DNA of 63,588 nucleotides, filler included, from Reticulomyxa filosa (taxonomy: Eukaryota; Protista; Foraminifera), in assembly GCA_000512085.1 (NCBI GenBank). It is 16 parts of 16 records of this genome, joined end to end, with 100 filler letters (N's around TTAATTAATTAA, not from the genome) between each part and the next. Parts side by side here need not be neighbours in the genome. Positions count along the whole stretch, not along the records: positions 24,306 to 34,517 come from ASPP01011323.1; positions 34,618 to 36,319 come from ASPP01025593.1; 14 more parts are not named here. The stretch is one strand, 5' to 3'. Below, piece after piece: positions 24,206 through 36,319 of the stretch. The translations under genes and the position numbers were made by a program. Below the pieces are notes generated by a model. It was not told the DNA's origin, did no database searches, and saw only the letters and a list, made by a program, of their open reading frames with translations. Within the stretch, counting starts at the first letter, position 1, and every line of letters starts with the position of its first letter.

Positions 24206-25252
24206 NNNNNNNNNNNNNNNNNNNNNNNNNNNNNNNNNNNNNNNNNNNNTTAATTAATTAANNNNNNNNNNNNNNNNNNNNNNNNNNNNNNNNNNNNNNN
24301 NNNNNAGAAATTTTCAAATTTTTTTGTTTACATTTTAGAAATCTCCAAGATTTGTAGATATTTTTTAAAAAAAATTAGGTCTAAATGTTGATTTTTCATT
24401 GATAAAATCAATTATCATCATAAGATATCGTTTTAGGCGTTCAGTTTTCTTTGCAACTTACTGACATAACAAAAATTATTTATATTTTTGTATATCTAAA
24501 AAATAATTTTTTAAAAAGAATTTTGATTCATGTAAAATCAAAATAGATAAATGTTCGATTACTTTCTATATCATGTCCATTACGATAAATATGAAAAAAT
24601 AAAATATATAAATGAAATGCTATTGACTCAGGCAATAATTGGACATGTTTTCATGAAATAAGTTTGCTTTAAAATCTAATTCACTTTTTACATTTTTTTT
24701 TAATGAATAAATTTTATGTGTTTGAAGAAAAATTTTGACTGTGTTCATAAAATTTATATTAGAAATCAGTTTAGCTTTGTTTAGTCAACACTATGTATTT
24801 GAAAAAAACATTAATCAAATGACATAAGTGCTAGCTTTTATACAAAAAAATTGCATTTCTCTTTTTACAATATATAGCAGTATGTTATAATTGTCAAGTT
24901 CAAAATCAATGTCTTTGAAAAGATAATATTATTGACAAGAACAAAACATCAAATGTATAATTTGCAATTATTGTACATTTAATGACTGTGAAATGCACTG
25001 TTTTCTAAAATATTTATTGTACAATATATTCAAAAGAGATTAAAAACAAATTGTTGATGAAGCAATCACATTTACAAAATGCTTTGCTTAGCTGTTAACT
25101 TTTTTATGTTCTGATAACAATGAAAAAAATTACAATTTATTTGATATTTTAAAGTATCACAAAGAGCAATGTATTTACTTTTTTTTTTACAAAAGTTGAA
25201 AAACTCAAATTTAAAAAGTAGGCAAATGTATCGAAAGAAAGTGAAATTTTTA

Positions 25253-27022
25253 TTAAATACATTCACTTATGTGAGTATGGAATAACGATGTTGCCAATTT
25301 CTCTGTTTTAATCCTTTGATATACACCAGCAGGTATTTGTGTTCTCAGTTGTACATTCCCTAATAAATTATGTTTGTAATATTTTGAAAATTCCACTCGT
25401 ATCGCCATTCGTTTTCCAGTTCGATATTTATTTGATTTTTCGCAAAGTATTTTTGGAAAGATCTGGCTTTTACTTAATGTCCCTTTATTCTCAATCATTT
25501 TCCTCTGTGTCTATTTCAATAAATCCAAAAAAAAAAGGCTGTTTAATTTAATAAAATTCGAAAGAGTCTTCACTTTTTGACTGGAACAGACTGAACTGAT
25601 TCCCTTCGATGTTTGAAAAATTCATCTATCCACCACTGCTCGTATTGGGTGTGTCTTTTTCCTCCCCAAATCTGTCTCTCCATTTTATGTGAGCTAACTA
25701 TTGGATTAGATACTAAATGATCACAAACATTTGTTGTTTTTTTTCTAGCGAATTTGGGGACTCTAAAGTTTTCTGATCTTTAAAATGATTAACAGATGAG
25801 ATGATACTAGGAGCTGTTTGTGGGCGACTAGTAAATTGCTCTTGCGGCAAACTGTCCTTTTTTTGTGACAAAGATTGAACGATTGGCTTTGATCTAATTG
25901 GCCAAAAATCTGGTGGATGAGTTAAATCTACATTACTGTTTAAATGTCGCGAAGGATGAGCTCCTTTTTATTTTGAGATTTTAATTTCTGAAGACTTTAA
26001 AAAAAGAAGAAGAGTCACACAGTAAAACACTTTTGTTGCAATTATTGGAGATCTCCATTGTATTTGCTTGAGATAAATACTCTTCTAATCGTTCCAAAGT
26101 TGGATTGAGAGTCTTCAAGTGATTTTCCATGTGTTGTAGTTCTGTGTCAGTCAAATGTACTCCTTCTTTTTTAAATCTCTATTTTTGTCATATAAATTGA
26201 CAACAGATAAAATAATCCATTTTTGTATTTGTTTCATTTCATTTATTTATGTCTAACACAAGATTTTGAAATTATGTTTGTTATCACAACAACCAGCTAG
26301 GTTGGAAGTTTTTTGTAGAATAAAAAAGTATCTCGTAGTAAGATGGCAGAATTTGACACGATTGATAGACACAACAAAAGATCTATTTTACAGATCTATT
26401 TTCAGCATGACTTAGAATATTGCATACATTGTCTCATCTGTACCTCTGTTAGTTGTAAAATGTCCAATGAATCGTTCGATCCAAAAAAACAATGCAACGT
26501 TTGTCTGGTAATTTTGGAGTTTATTTTGGCCAAGATTTGTTGCTTGATAGTTTGATCTTTAGCATTGAAATATGCTGAATTCCATTTCACGACATCCAAA
26601 AGCTCTGTCTTGGCCCTTCGTGGGTGTGTGTTGCGATACTTTGCTCCTCGAGGTCTATATAACAAAATTCAAAAATATGATTAATTTTTTTGTTTGATGA
26701 CTGCACAACTCAAATTTAATTTCTTTTTGAATACGTTGTCGAGAATTTAAAGTGTTCATCCTTGGACTCTTGAAAAGCAGGAATAGCTTCTTTTTTGTTC
26801 CAAATATGAGTCTCTGGGACACTACATTGTTCAATACTTTCTATAGCCCGAGTAAGATGGGTAATTTCTCTTTGAAGTGATCTATCTGCAAAATTACACT
26901 ATTAATTCATAGGAAAACATATTCTTTTGTATGTCTTTGTGTGATTGTACTCAGAGAAATGCAATTTTTGTGATTTTTCCGAGAACTTCTTGTTTTGTTC
27001 TACTGCTCACATTTTCGATCAT
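25253..27022 (-). CDS. Hypothetical intron-containing protein
   Basis: Several coding-like open segments (26402-26665, about 25980-25520, 25253-25498) between AT-rich gaps. No recognisable domain. Confidence 0.35.
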
Positions 27023-27352
27023 TTTTCAAATATGCTTGAAATTATCGGTTGATTATTTTAGCACATAATCTTTTATATGCCTGTATGTCAAATGTGAGAT
27101 ATCACTCATAATATTACTGATTCAACTCTGATTTTCTGCTAAAGTTATGATTTGTGTATTTGTATAAAATAGAGTCTTATGAAAAACATTAACTATCGTA
27201 GAAAAAGTATTCTTATTGTCACTCTATTTCATTAAAATTTGAGTATATTGTTCAAAAATCAATTGCGTCAATATGCAAAACGAAGTAAAAACAATTGCCA
27301 GAAAAACTCGTTCAAAGGGCCTCAAGCCAATATATTGAGCATTTCTTCAAAA

Positions 27353-28996
27353 ATGCTTATTTGGCATCCTTGGAAAATTGTGAAATCAAAATCTATTCCC
27401 TTAAATAATCATTTGGCGTTATCGCTTTTTCATTGTCGTAATAGCTCCTTTGAAACAAATAGACTTGTCGACTGTGACGCCGTGGTTGTAGGTGGGGGTA
27501 TTGCTGGTGCATCGACAGCATACAATCTCGCATTGCATGGTCTGACAGTGAGATGTGTAGAGCAAGAGGATGTTCCTGGTTATCACTCAACAGGTCGAGC
27601 AGCGGGGTTGTTTTCAGAAAACTATGGAACAAATGCAATCCAAATTCTGACAGCGGCATCAAAGCCATGGTTTGAGAGCCCACCCAAAGATTGTTCAATT
27701 CCTGGCCAACCTCCAATCTTGACCCCTTGGTATGAAAAGAATTAGAGAGAGAAAAAAAAAAATCTAGTATATATTGTAAACTAATCAAAGAAAGACCGAA
27801 AAGTGGCAAAAAATAAAATAAAATAAAAAAAAAGAAAAGTGGTTTACTCTCAGTCTCGAAAGTGGAAGCCCAAAATGCATTACTCCGAGCGAGAAGTCCG
27901 CATCATCAAAACAACACGACATTGTCCCCGTCATTTAAAAAAAAAAAAAAAGAGGCGATTGAGATTGTATCCAAAGACAAAGCCTCGGAGATATATCCAT
28001 GGCTAAAGTGGGATCAATTGGCAGACTGGTTGGTGTGGGAACCCAAAGCGACAATGTTGAATGTTGGGTAAGTTTGACGAAACGATAACGAATTATTTAC
28101 ATATATGTATATGTCTATTTAATGTAATGTTTGTATGGTATATACTGTTGGAAAGATTGGTACATCAATGTTACATTCGTGGGTGCAAGTCACAGAACAT
28201 TTCGATCGAATGCAACCAGAAAGTAACAGAAATAAAGAAATTTCGGGGCAATGACACATGGGAGGTAACGACAAACCACGGTAAGGGGTATCGATGTCGT
28301 TTGCTGATAAATGCAGCCGGGGCGTGGGCTGATGACATTGCACAGTTGGCGGGACTGAAACGTTTGAATGTACGACCGCTGCGGCGGTCCATTATCACGT
28401 TTGTTCCGACGTGGCAAACTATGCGTTGGAATGTTCCTGGCACCACGGACTGCATTACGCGGCTGAAAGATTGTAACTTTCATTTACCATATATCCACGG
28501 CGTAGATGAACACGGGAAACAATTTTGGTATGTTGCCGCACAGGGACATTCAGGACTACTTTTTGCTTCGCCTGCGAATACTGATTTGGATCCTGAGCCT
28601 TGTGATGCGCAATGTACGGATTGGGATGTTGCTTTATGCGTTGACCGAGTTTTGTTTTGTTTTCTTTTTGCAGACAAAGAAATAAGTGAGGAAAGGAGGG
28701 ATTTGGATAAAACGATCTCGAACATAGATTGAAAATAATACGTATTACAAAATATCCAAAATCACTTCCAAATGGGCTGGACATAGGTGTCATTCTGATG
28801 ACACTAACTTCATTTTGGGAATGATCTCACTGATCCTTCTTTCATTTGGGTGGCTGCTTTGGCTGGACAAGGAATACAAAGTGCTCCTGCTTATTCCAGG
28901 CTGGTTGCTTGCTTGGCATTAAACAAACCCATTCCTCAGGACATTGTCGATTATGGCTTCAATGTTCATGACGTCTCCCCAAACCGATTTCAATAA
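27353..28996 (+). CDS. FAD-dependent D-amino acid dehydrogenase (DAO family), D-arginine dehydrogenase DauA-like
   Basis: VVVGGGIAGASTAY, GYHSTGRAA, LTAASKPWFESPP, LINAAGAWADDIAQLAG, PLRRS, ASPAN, KWAGHR, IWVAALAGQGIQSAPA, VSPNRFQ*. About 4 GT-AG introns. Confidence 0.88.
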
Positions 28997-29736
28997 TTTG
29001 CTTGTTTCTGCAATTTTCTTGCTTTTCATTTTTTTTGCATTTATTCTTGCAAAATAATTCTCAAAATGTTCGTTAGTATTAAATACAACAAAAAAAACAC
29101 AAAACAATGAATGAAGGCTTTTACAAAAAGATTGCTATACTGTTGAACAAAAAAAAAAGAAAACTGCACTTAATTGCAAACATTAAATAAACTTATCTTG
29201 TGAAAAATACAATATTTTGAAAGAGTTCAATGCTTCAAACAAATAATACATCATAATATTGACCTGATACAAATAATTTATATAGAGCTTGTCCATATCA
29301 CGTATTTTTGAAATGCACATAAAAAATTGAATAAATTGCAATTTAAATTTTCCAATTTTTTCACATAAACGACTACAAATTTTTATTTGTGTCATTACCG
29401 TTTCGAGCAACTGTGAGTGTTTTTCTTTTGGGGACAAATATTCGGGTGTCGGATTGAGTGCATTTTGGGAACATTCAAGTAAGAAAAACAATGGACAAGC
29501 AACATAAATTTTATCCAAGTGAATTTGTGTTTTTTTGTTTGTCTTGTTTTGGAATTGCAATAATATCTTGAAAGCCCGGCCAACACCTGTTGAACGGTCA
29601 GCAAGGCTTTAACAAAATTTTAATGAGTAAGTAGGAAAAACAGATCAATTTGCACAACAGATATAACAAGCAAATAAATAAAATAAAAAAAAAAAAAAAA
29701 CAAACGAAAAAGAAGCTCCGAAAACAATAAAAAGAG

Positions 29737-31397
29737 ATGGAAAAAGAAATGAAAAATGAATCAGTATTTAAAACCAATTTGAGAGCATTGGTAGCAATTT
29801 ATTCATCGGTAATTTTATGGATAGGTGCGTGGAACATAATGACAAACTGTTATCATTACTTTCCAAAAATGTTGGACACGTATTTCAATGAAAGAATGAC
29901 TCAAAATCTGATTTACGCGGCGATCGGAATTGCAATGGTTTGGTATAGCGGGACGTTATATCAAAACGCAGGATTTCAAGGTTCGAACCGGCCTTTTGAG
30001 TATTTTTTGCAAGGTAATGAAAAGTTGGAACAAAAGAAAGACGTTGCTCCGAAAAAAAATAATCCAGGAACACCGATTGTCATCGACAGGGGCGAGTCCC
30101 CATTGACAATTATAATTGATGACAAAGCAGAGAAGATGAATGTAAGCATGGATGCGCATCCGGCTAATAATAATAATGACGACGACAGCAACGACAACGA
30201 CAACGACAATGACAATGACGATGACGTCACACCGCAAGAGGATTCAATATTGACACCTTCAAGCACCACAATATGGAGTGACGAAGCGCCGATGAATAAA
30301 GGAGTAATTGTGCAAGGAGGAATAAGCAATGCAAGAAGGGACTCCAAAGTGAGCAGTCGAAAAGATCGTAAACGAAGAAGAACAAAAAGAAAAAGAAGAA
30401 GCAGCAGCAGCAGCAACAATAGTGGTGTCAATTGGATAATGAAAAAAAGCAAAGAAGAAACAATGACAGACTCTATTTTAAGCAAAGGAAAAGAAATGCA
30501 TGTGTCCTTTTTATTTGTGTTGTCGTCCTTACCATTACCATTGTCAGTGTCATTGCCATTGTCGTCTTTGTGTTCTTCTGTTTGTTGTTGGAAATATCAC
30601 ACCTTACGATTTTGGTTTTTAACTGCAATTAGTCTCATTGGAGAGTTCCTATTGTTTATTGGCTTATTCAATGCTTGCGATATTGTTTACCAACATAAAA
30701 TGAATTCGATTCCATTGATTGCCAAAAATTTTTTTTGGTTATTTATTGCAGGCATCTTAATATGCAATAAATATGTGAATACGTTTTTTCGGTATCTTGT
30801 GTGTTCCCGCCGTGGTATCAATCCCGTCGGTGTGATTACTATGAGTCTGCTTGGAAACACGCCGAAATGTTTTTTTGCAGTATTTTGTCACTTATTTCCG
30901 TGAATATGCTGGCGGTTATCATTCAAAACACTTTAGAGAATGCCTTACGTACATTCATAATGCTACACTATTCCATTGTCAAACCTTTATTCTTATGTTC
31001 CACTGGGCTATTGCTTTATGTGGCCACTGGCTCTTTCATTGGCAATAGCTTCATTTGGCTCCATGACACCGAACTTCAAACTACCACATCGAATCCTTAT
31101 CTTACTCTTGCCAACTTTCATCAACAACGCAGACAATATACTTGGAAAGTGCGTCTTGGGTACTTCCTTCGAGCAGCTCTTTCCTTTTTTGCTCAAGTCG
31201 AACACCAGCTAGGAGCGTGGGAAATTTTCGACGATTATCTTGTCAAACCCACGCTACGTAGGGATATCATCTATATTATTATTGGAATTGTGGGTTTGCA
31301 GTGGAGCAAGGCTTTGCTTATCAATGCTTGCTTAACTCCATTTAGTGTGTCGGGCATATACAACAATAAAGAAGAGACAAATACCTTAGAAAATTAG
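29737..31397 (+). CDS. Polytopic membrane protein with internal repeats, possibly Fuseless-like
   Basis: Repeated units VILWIGAWNI..LIYAAIGI, LLFIGLFNACD, HQLGAWEIFDD..IIYIIIGI. One extra T in the T-run at ~30784 joins ORFs 29737 and 30801. Confidence 0.6.
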
Positions 31398-32012
31398 CTT
31401 GTTCTCCGTCTGACATGTACTAATTTTCAAATGATGAAAATCACTTCATTTTTTTTTTTTTATGCTTTTAGGAAAGAAAATGGGAGACGAGAAAGGATTC
31501 ATTTCTTAAGAATGCACGATTTTTTTAAAAATCACGTTCATAAATAATACAACCTTTTTTCTTTTCAGTAGTAATAAAAACTTTTTTTGACACGCACAAA
31601 ATGACCAATTTTTTTTTATCGATACGTATCATTATCAAACAGAAAACTCATTATCTCCGTACTTGTTTTTAAACCGGTGCTCATAGCAAATCGCTTGAAT
31701 CAATTCGACTGAAGCTTTGGAAAAAAGCTACAAAAGAAATGCAAAAATTGTGTCAGCAACAACATTCCATTCTGTTTTGCTGAAACAAGGTACAAAAAAT
31801 AGGCCACCATACACGGTTCTTAATATGTTGTGTGATGACATGTCAAAGAAACAATTGATACTGACAAAAAAAATATATATCCAGTTCACCAAAATCAATT
31901 GAGTCATGCCAAGTCCACCTTCTAACAATGATACAAAAAAACTTTTAGATGATATTTGACCAAAAAAAAAATGCAGTAACAGTCCCAGTTGGATCAAAGA
32001 CAGACCCAAGAT

Positions 32013-32885
32013 TCAAGAAAAGTTCCACTTTTTCAATTCATAAAAAAGAGTATATAAAAAAAAATTAATTCCATAAAATTTCCAAAAAAAAAAAAAAGCA
32101 AAATAAAACCCATTTGATGGAACATAAAAAGACATAATAATAAAAAAATATCTACACATGTAAAAAGATTCAGTCAAGTGTTGTTGACTGAATCTTTTGA
32201 TTGCTCCATTCGTGTCTCCAAACTTAACACACAAAGACTCTTTTGGTTGGGAAAATGTGTTTTGTTTGGAGTAAAAACATGAAAGTAGATGTTTCACAAA
32301 GATAAAAAAAAAGATGATAACAACAAAAAAAGGTGAAGACAATCTTGAGAAAAAAAAATTTTAATCGTCACTTATGTCGTCCGATTCAGTACCCGAGCAC
32401 GCCGACAATGAAGGGGAAGATAACAAAAATGAGTAGTCACAGTGGGGAGAACTACTTACTGATGGTGATGATGGGATGTAATCGGAATGGAAATGAGATG
32501 AACAAGCAACTTTTTTATCAAAACGGTATTTTGATGATACGAAATGATTTCTCATCCTTTGATACTCGAATTGCCGATCACTGCACAAAGAATTAACACC
32601 TTCAGGCACTGGTTCGTTTGGAATGTCTTCCTCGGACTCACCGAGATAACTTAAAATTATAGGCGATACTTTGAGCTAAAACACATGGTTCAATTTTTGA
32701 CATTTATCAAAGCACACCCCACTCTGTACTTCAAGCAGTTTCTCTTTAAAGTATACGTAGGCTTTGCTCTTAACAACAACGTCAATCGGGATCAGGTTTT
32801 TGATCAATACTTGATCCAGGATATTGGAGCTCTCTTCTTCGATATCTGCATAGAACTGTTCAGAAAACATTCCAATATACACCTT
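32013..32885 (-). CDS. Possible hypothetical gene
   Basis: Coding-like segments 32676-32882 and 32361-32660 (Ser-rich). No domain recognised. Confidence 0.25.
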
Positions 32886-33296
32886 GAATAAAATGTAATG
32901 AAGAAGATTAACAAAGAAAGTTCATTTTATAACTGTCGTGCACACTAAAAAACTTGACAGTCAAGCTGTTCTGACTACAAATTTTAGAGTAAAGCAAGAC
33001 AGCTAGAAATTAAAAATTTTAATTTGATGCAGTGGCGGATTAATTAACGCCTTAACAATAAAAACATTAGCTAACTATGGACCTGAACTTTTCAAATCCA
33101 AAGATTAATAAGTTAAGATTTGGCAAATATTCTTACAAATTACAAGCACATTGATAGTCTCGCAATTGTATAAACAGTGATAAAAGTTGATTGTTTTCGC
33201 GTTTATGTGAATTGTTTCTTCACTTGCAAAAGAAGATGTTCAGTTGCCGTACATTCTAAGTTAAAAAACACTCTATTCTGTCTCAGCTGTACATCC

Positions 33297-34490
33297 ATGT
33301 CTTATATAAGCTTATTAGCACTCCTGTTTGGACTGAAGATTGTCCATGTAAATTCTCAGTGCCTTAGTCCATATCAATTGTGCACTACGTCTGGAGAATG
33401 CGCGCTAAGCCCAAATGCGTGTGGCCAATGTAAACCGGGACAATATATTTGTCCGGACCAAACCACTTGTGCGCAGAATGCAGCAGATTACGGTGTCACA
33501 AAAACAGACACACACGATAAAACATACATCAAAAAAAAGCCCAAAGAAAAGACCTCGCACAAAGGGGGATGAGAAGGGGCTTGTTGCCAAAACCCACAAA
33601 ATTGAAGTTTTTTTAAAAAAAACAACACATTCGAAAAAATTGTTCAGTGAACTGTCCAAACTTGAAAGGAACGCATTTTGATTGGACGCTTCCAATTGAG
33701 CAACGCGTGAATTATTTGGTCAATAATGCGACGTTGCAAGTGTGTTTGTTTGTTTTTTGTTATATGTAACGTATCTACGTAATATGTATATACTTTGAGC
33801 CGAAAAGTACAAGCAGATCTTGATTAAATGTACATTAGAACAAAATAAAAAATAAACAAAACAAAACAAAAATATGCGATATTGAAATCCAATACCATTG
33901 TAATCAAAGGAAAGATACACTCAATTGACCAACGGTGAGGAAAATAAGTATTTGATTTATACTAACAATTTCACACTCAAATTTTTTAAAAAGTAAAATT
34001 AGTATTTTTGAAACAACGGCATTATATGTATGTGTGTGTGTGTGCGCAGACGCGCCGGAAATATATCGTTTGGGCATTCCCGCATACAATTGGTTAAAGA
34101 AACATATAAAAATACAAATATATGTATATTTGTTGGACACATCATTTGGACACTTGTAATGTGCACACATCTATTGCATTGACATAACAAAACAATTTCC
34201 AAAAATTGACGTGTTGATTGTGGTTGTGTCACTCATTGGCTTATGTACTATGTACCGTCCTTGTTTGTGTTTAAACAATAAACGATGACCAAAGGTTGAA
34301 TGATGATGAGGCAAGTTTTTTTGTTTTATCATTGTATTTTTATTTTTTGACATACTCTCTATTCTCAAAGAATTTGAAATGATAGTCAACACACACACAC
34401 ACACACACACGCATACACATACAAACAACAATTGTATAATTACAATAGCATGGTGTTCGCAACAGTCATGCCACGGTCTTTCCGGACGGG
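33297..34490 (+). CDS. Secreted GH3 beta-xylosidase/glucosidase, N-terminal part (3' truncated)
   Basis: Signal peptide MSYISLLALLFGL, Cys-rich segment, then spliced LPIEQRVNYLVNNATLQ-ERYTQLTN-DAPEIYRLGIPAYNW-LNDDE-HGVRNSHATVFPDG, matching GH3 RLGIPxYxW..HGV..ATxFP. Confidence 0.85.
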
Positions 34491-35124
34491 TACGTGATCG
34501 AATCAAGAGATACATACNNNNNNNNNNNNNNNNNNNNNNNNNNNNNNNNNNNNNNNNNNNNTTAATTAATTAANNNNNNNNNNNNNNNNNNNNNNNNNNN
34601 NNNNNNNNNNNNNNNNNCCCCTCCTCGAACTTTTTCAAAGTTTTTTTTTTGAAAAAACTGGCTATTTTTAAAAATTGGCTACTTTCGGATGTTGCCAAGA
34701 AAAAATTCTGACATCCACACGTTTTTTTCTTTTTTTTAAAGGGATCAGTTTCAATATGATATTTTTCTCATCACAAATGCAGATGTATTTATATCAATGT
34801 GGGAAAATATCAAAATTGAATTTAAATTCCATTCGTGTTGATATAACGTGATAGTCATATGCACGATAAAAAAAAAGTTTCATTAAAACAAAATAATCAT
34901 TCATTCATTTGAAAGCTTTTGTGTCAAATGATATTTCATTATTTTGTTCTCTCATTTGTATTTTACTGACACAACTTTTCCCAACACAATCGACGAGTTT
35001 GCTCATTACAGCCATTCTTCCTATAATAATAATAATAACACGATACAATATAAATTATTATATTATACATGATATCATATGTACAAGAAATTCTTTTTTT
35101 GACATACTCAATAGTCTGCACTAA

Positions 35125-36066
35125 TCAAGGGATGTCACAACTAATTACATTTTTGACAGCTTGGTCACCAGCCTCAATGAAAGTAGCGCTATCAACTGTT
35201 GCATTATTTATTGCTTTTTCCATTTTCCATTTGATTTCCAACATTTGACAAGGTAATTTTCCTTTATAGTTGCCTTTTCCATCATTAGTCGCAGCTTTTA
35301 ATTGTTCTGAAATGATCTTGAACAAATTCCAAAGCAGTAAATTTGGTTATTCGTTTTGGTGGGCAGTGCCATAAATGCACATCAAATCACCAGTGTGTGT
35401 GTGTGTGTGTGGCATATTTCCTTTTTCACGTTTGCACCAACGTTTATCACTAGCTTCGGCTTTGTCGACTGTTTTGTTGTGTATTCGTTGGATAAAAACG
35501 AACAGGGACACGCCAAGGGGTAATTGTTCCTTGTCCAATGTGTCTAGTGATCACATCATCAACTTCTTTAATGTCATAAACATCACTGATTGACATACGG
35601 AATGATGTCTTTGTTTGCCTTTTTGGTTGACTGACGGTTTTCTTCAAAGCATCCATCAAAGTCATATCAATAATGGTATCTTTTTCAATTTGAACTGCAA
35701 ATCCTTTCCACCATCACATATTTTCGCTCACTTTTGTCAAGTTTTCTTCTTTGAATCCACTCATTGGAATAAATGGGATCTTTTTCGTTTTATATCCAAT
35801 CATTATTAACATTTTCTCGACCTCCGATTTAATTTCCTCAAAGCAATCTTGAACGTAGTTCACAAAAGGATCATTCCATTTTGTTTACACAAACCATCAA
35901 TTGTTCAATCCTAACAAGTGGCGCAATCGAGCATGTTATCGGGTTTGTTCTTGAATTTCTCTATTTTTTTTTTTGTTTTTGAAGATAAAAAAAAAATTAT
36001 TACTCCTTTTTTTTTTTTTTTCCACATAAACATACTATGTTTTATGTTCCCTTTCGCAATCAATGT
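35125..36066 (-). pseudogene. EFL: EFL (EF-1alpha-like GTPase) pseudogene
   Basis: IAKG..EIQEQTR*HARL..LLG..QLMVCVNKM, IPFIPMSGFK, FRMSISDVYDIK, EIKWKM..FIEAGDQA. GEIQGQTRQHARL is an EFL signature. Multiple stops and frameshifts; one intron retained. Confidence 0.85.
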
Positions 36067-36319
36067 CTAAAGTCCAATGAAGTTTGGTTTGAACAAAACT
36101 TCTTGGCATCGGAAGCGTTCAGCACCAACGGCGATGACTTGGCAATCAGGCAATTTGTAGTTTTGTTGCAATTTGGTGGAGGTGTCAGCTTTCTTCAATT
36201 CATTGTCATAATCCAAAGCAACATATGACAATATTTCGTTAATATCTCATTCTCTGCGGTGGTTGTGAAGGAATATCATCTTTCCATTACAATTTTTACA
36301 ATTATCCAGTCTTGTACTC
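36067..36319 (-). pseudogene. ACT: Actin pseudogene fragment
   Basis: KIVMER*YSFTTTAE / DINEILSYVALDYDNELKKADTSTKLQQNYKLPDCQVIAVGAERFRCQEVLFKPNFIGL*. Stop codons and a small frameshifting deletion. Confidence 0.92.

Noticed and set aside
6965-28996. Putative cationic-amino-acid transporter plus DauA-like enzyme as a gene cluster
   Set aside because: On different contigs joined artificially; no linkage evidence.
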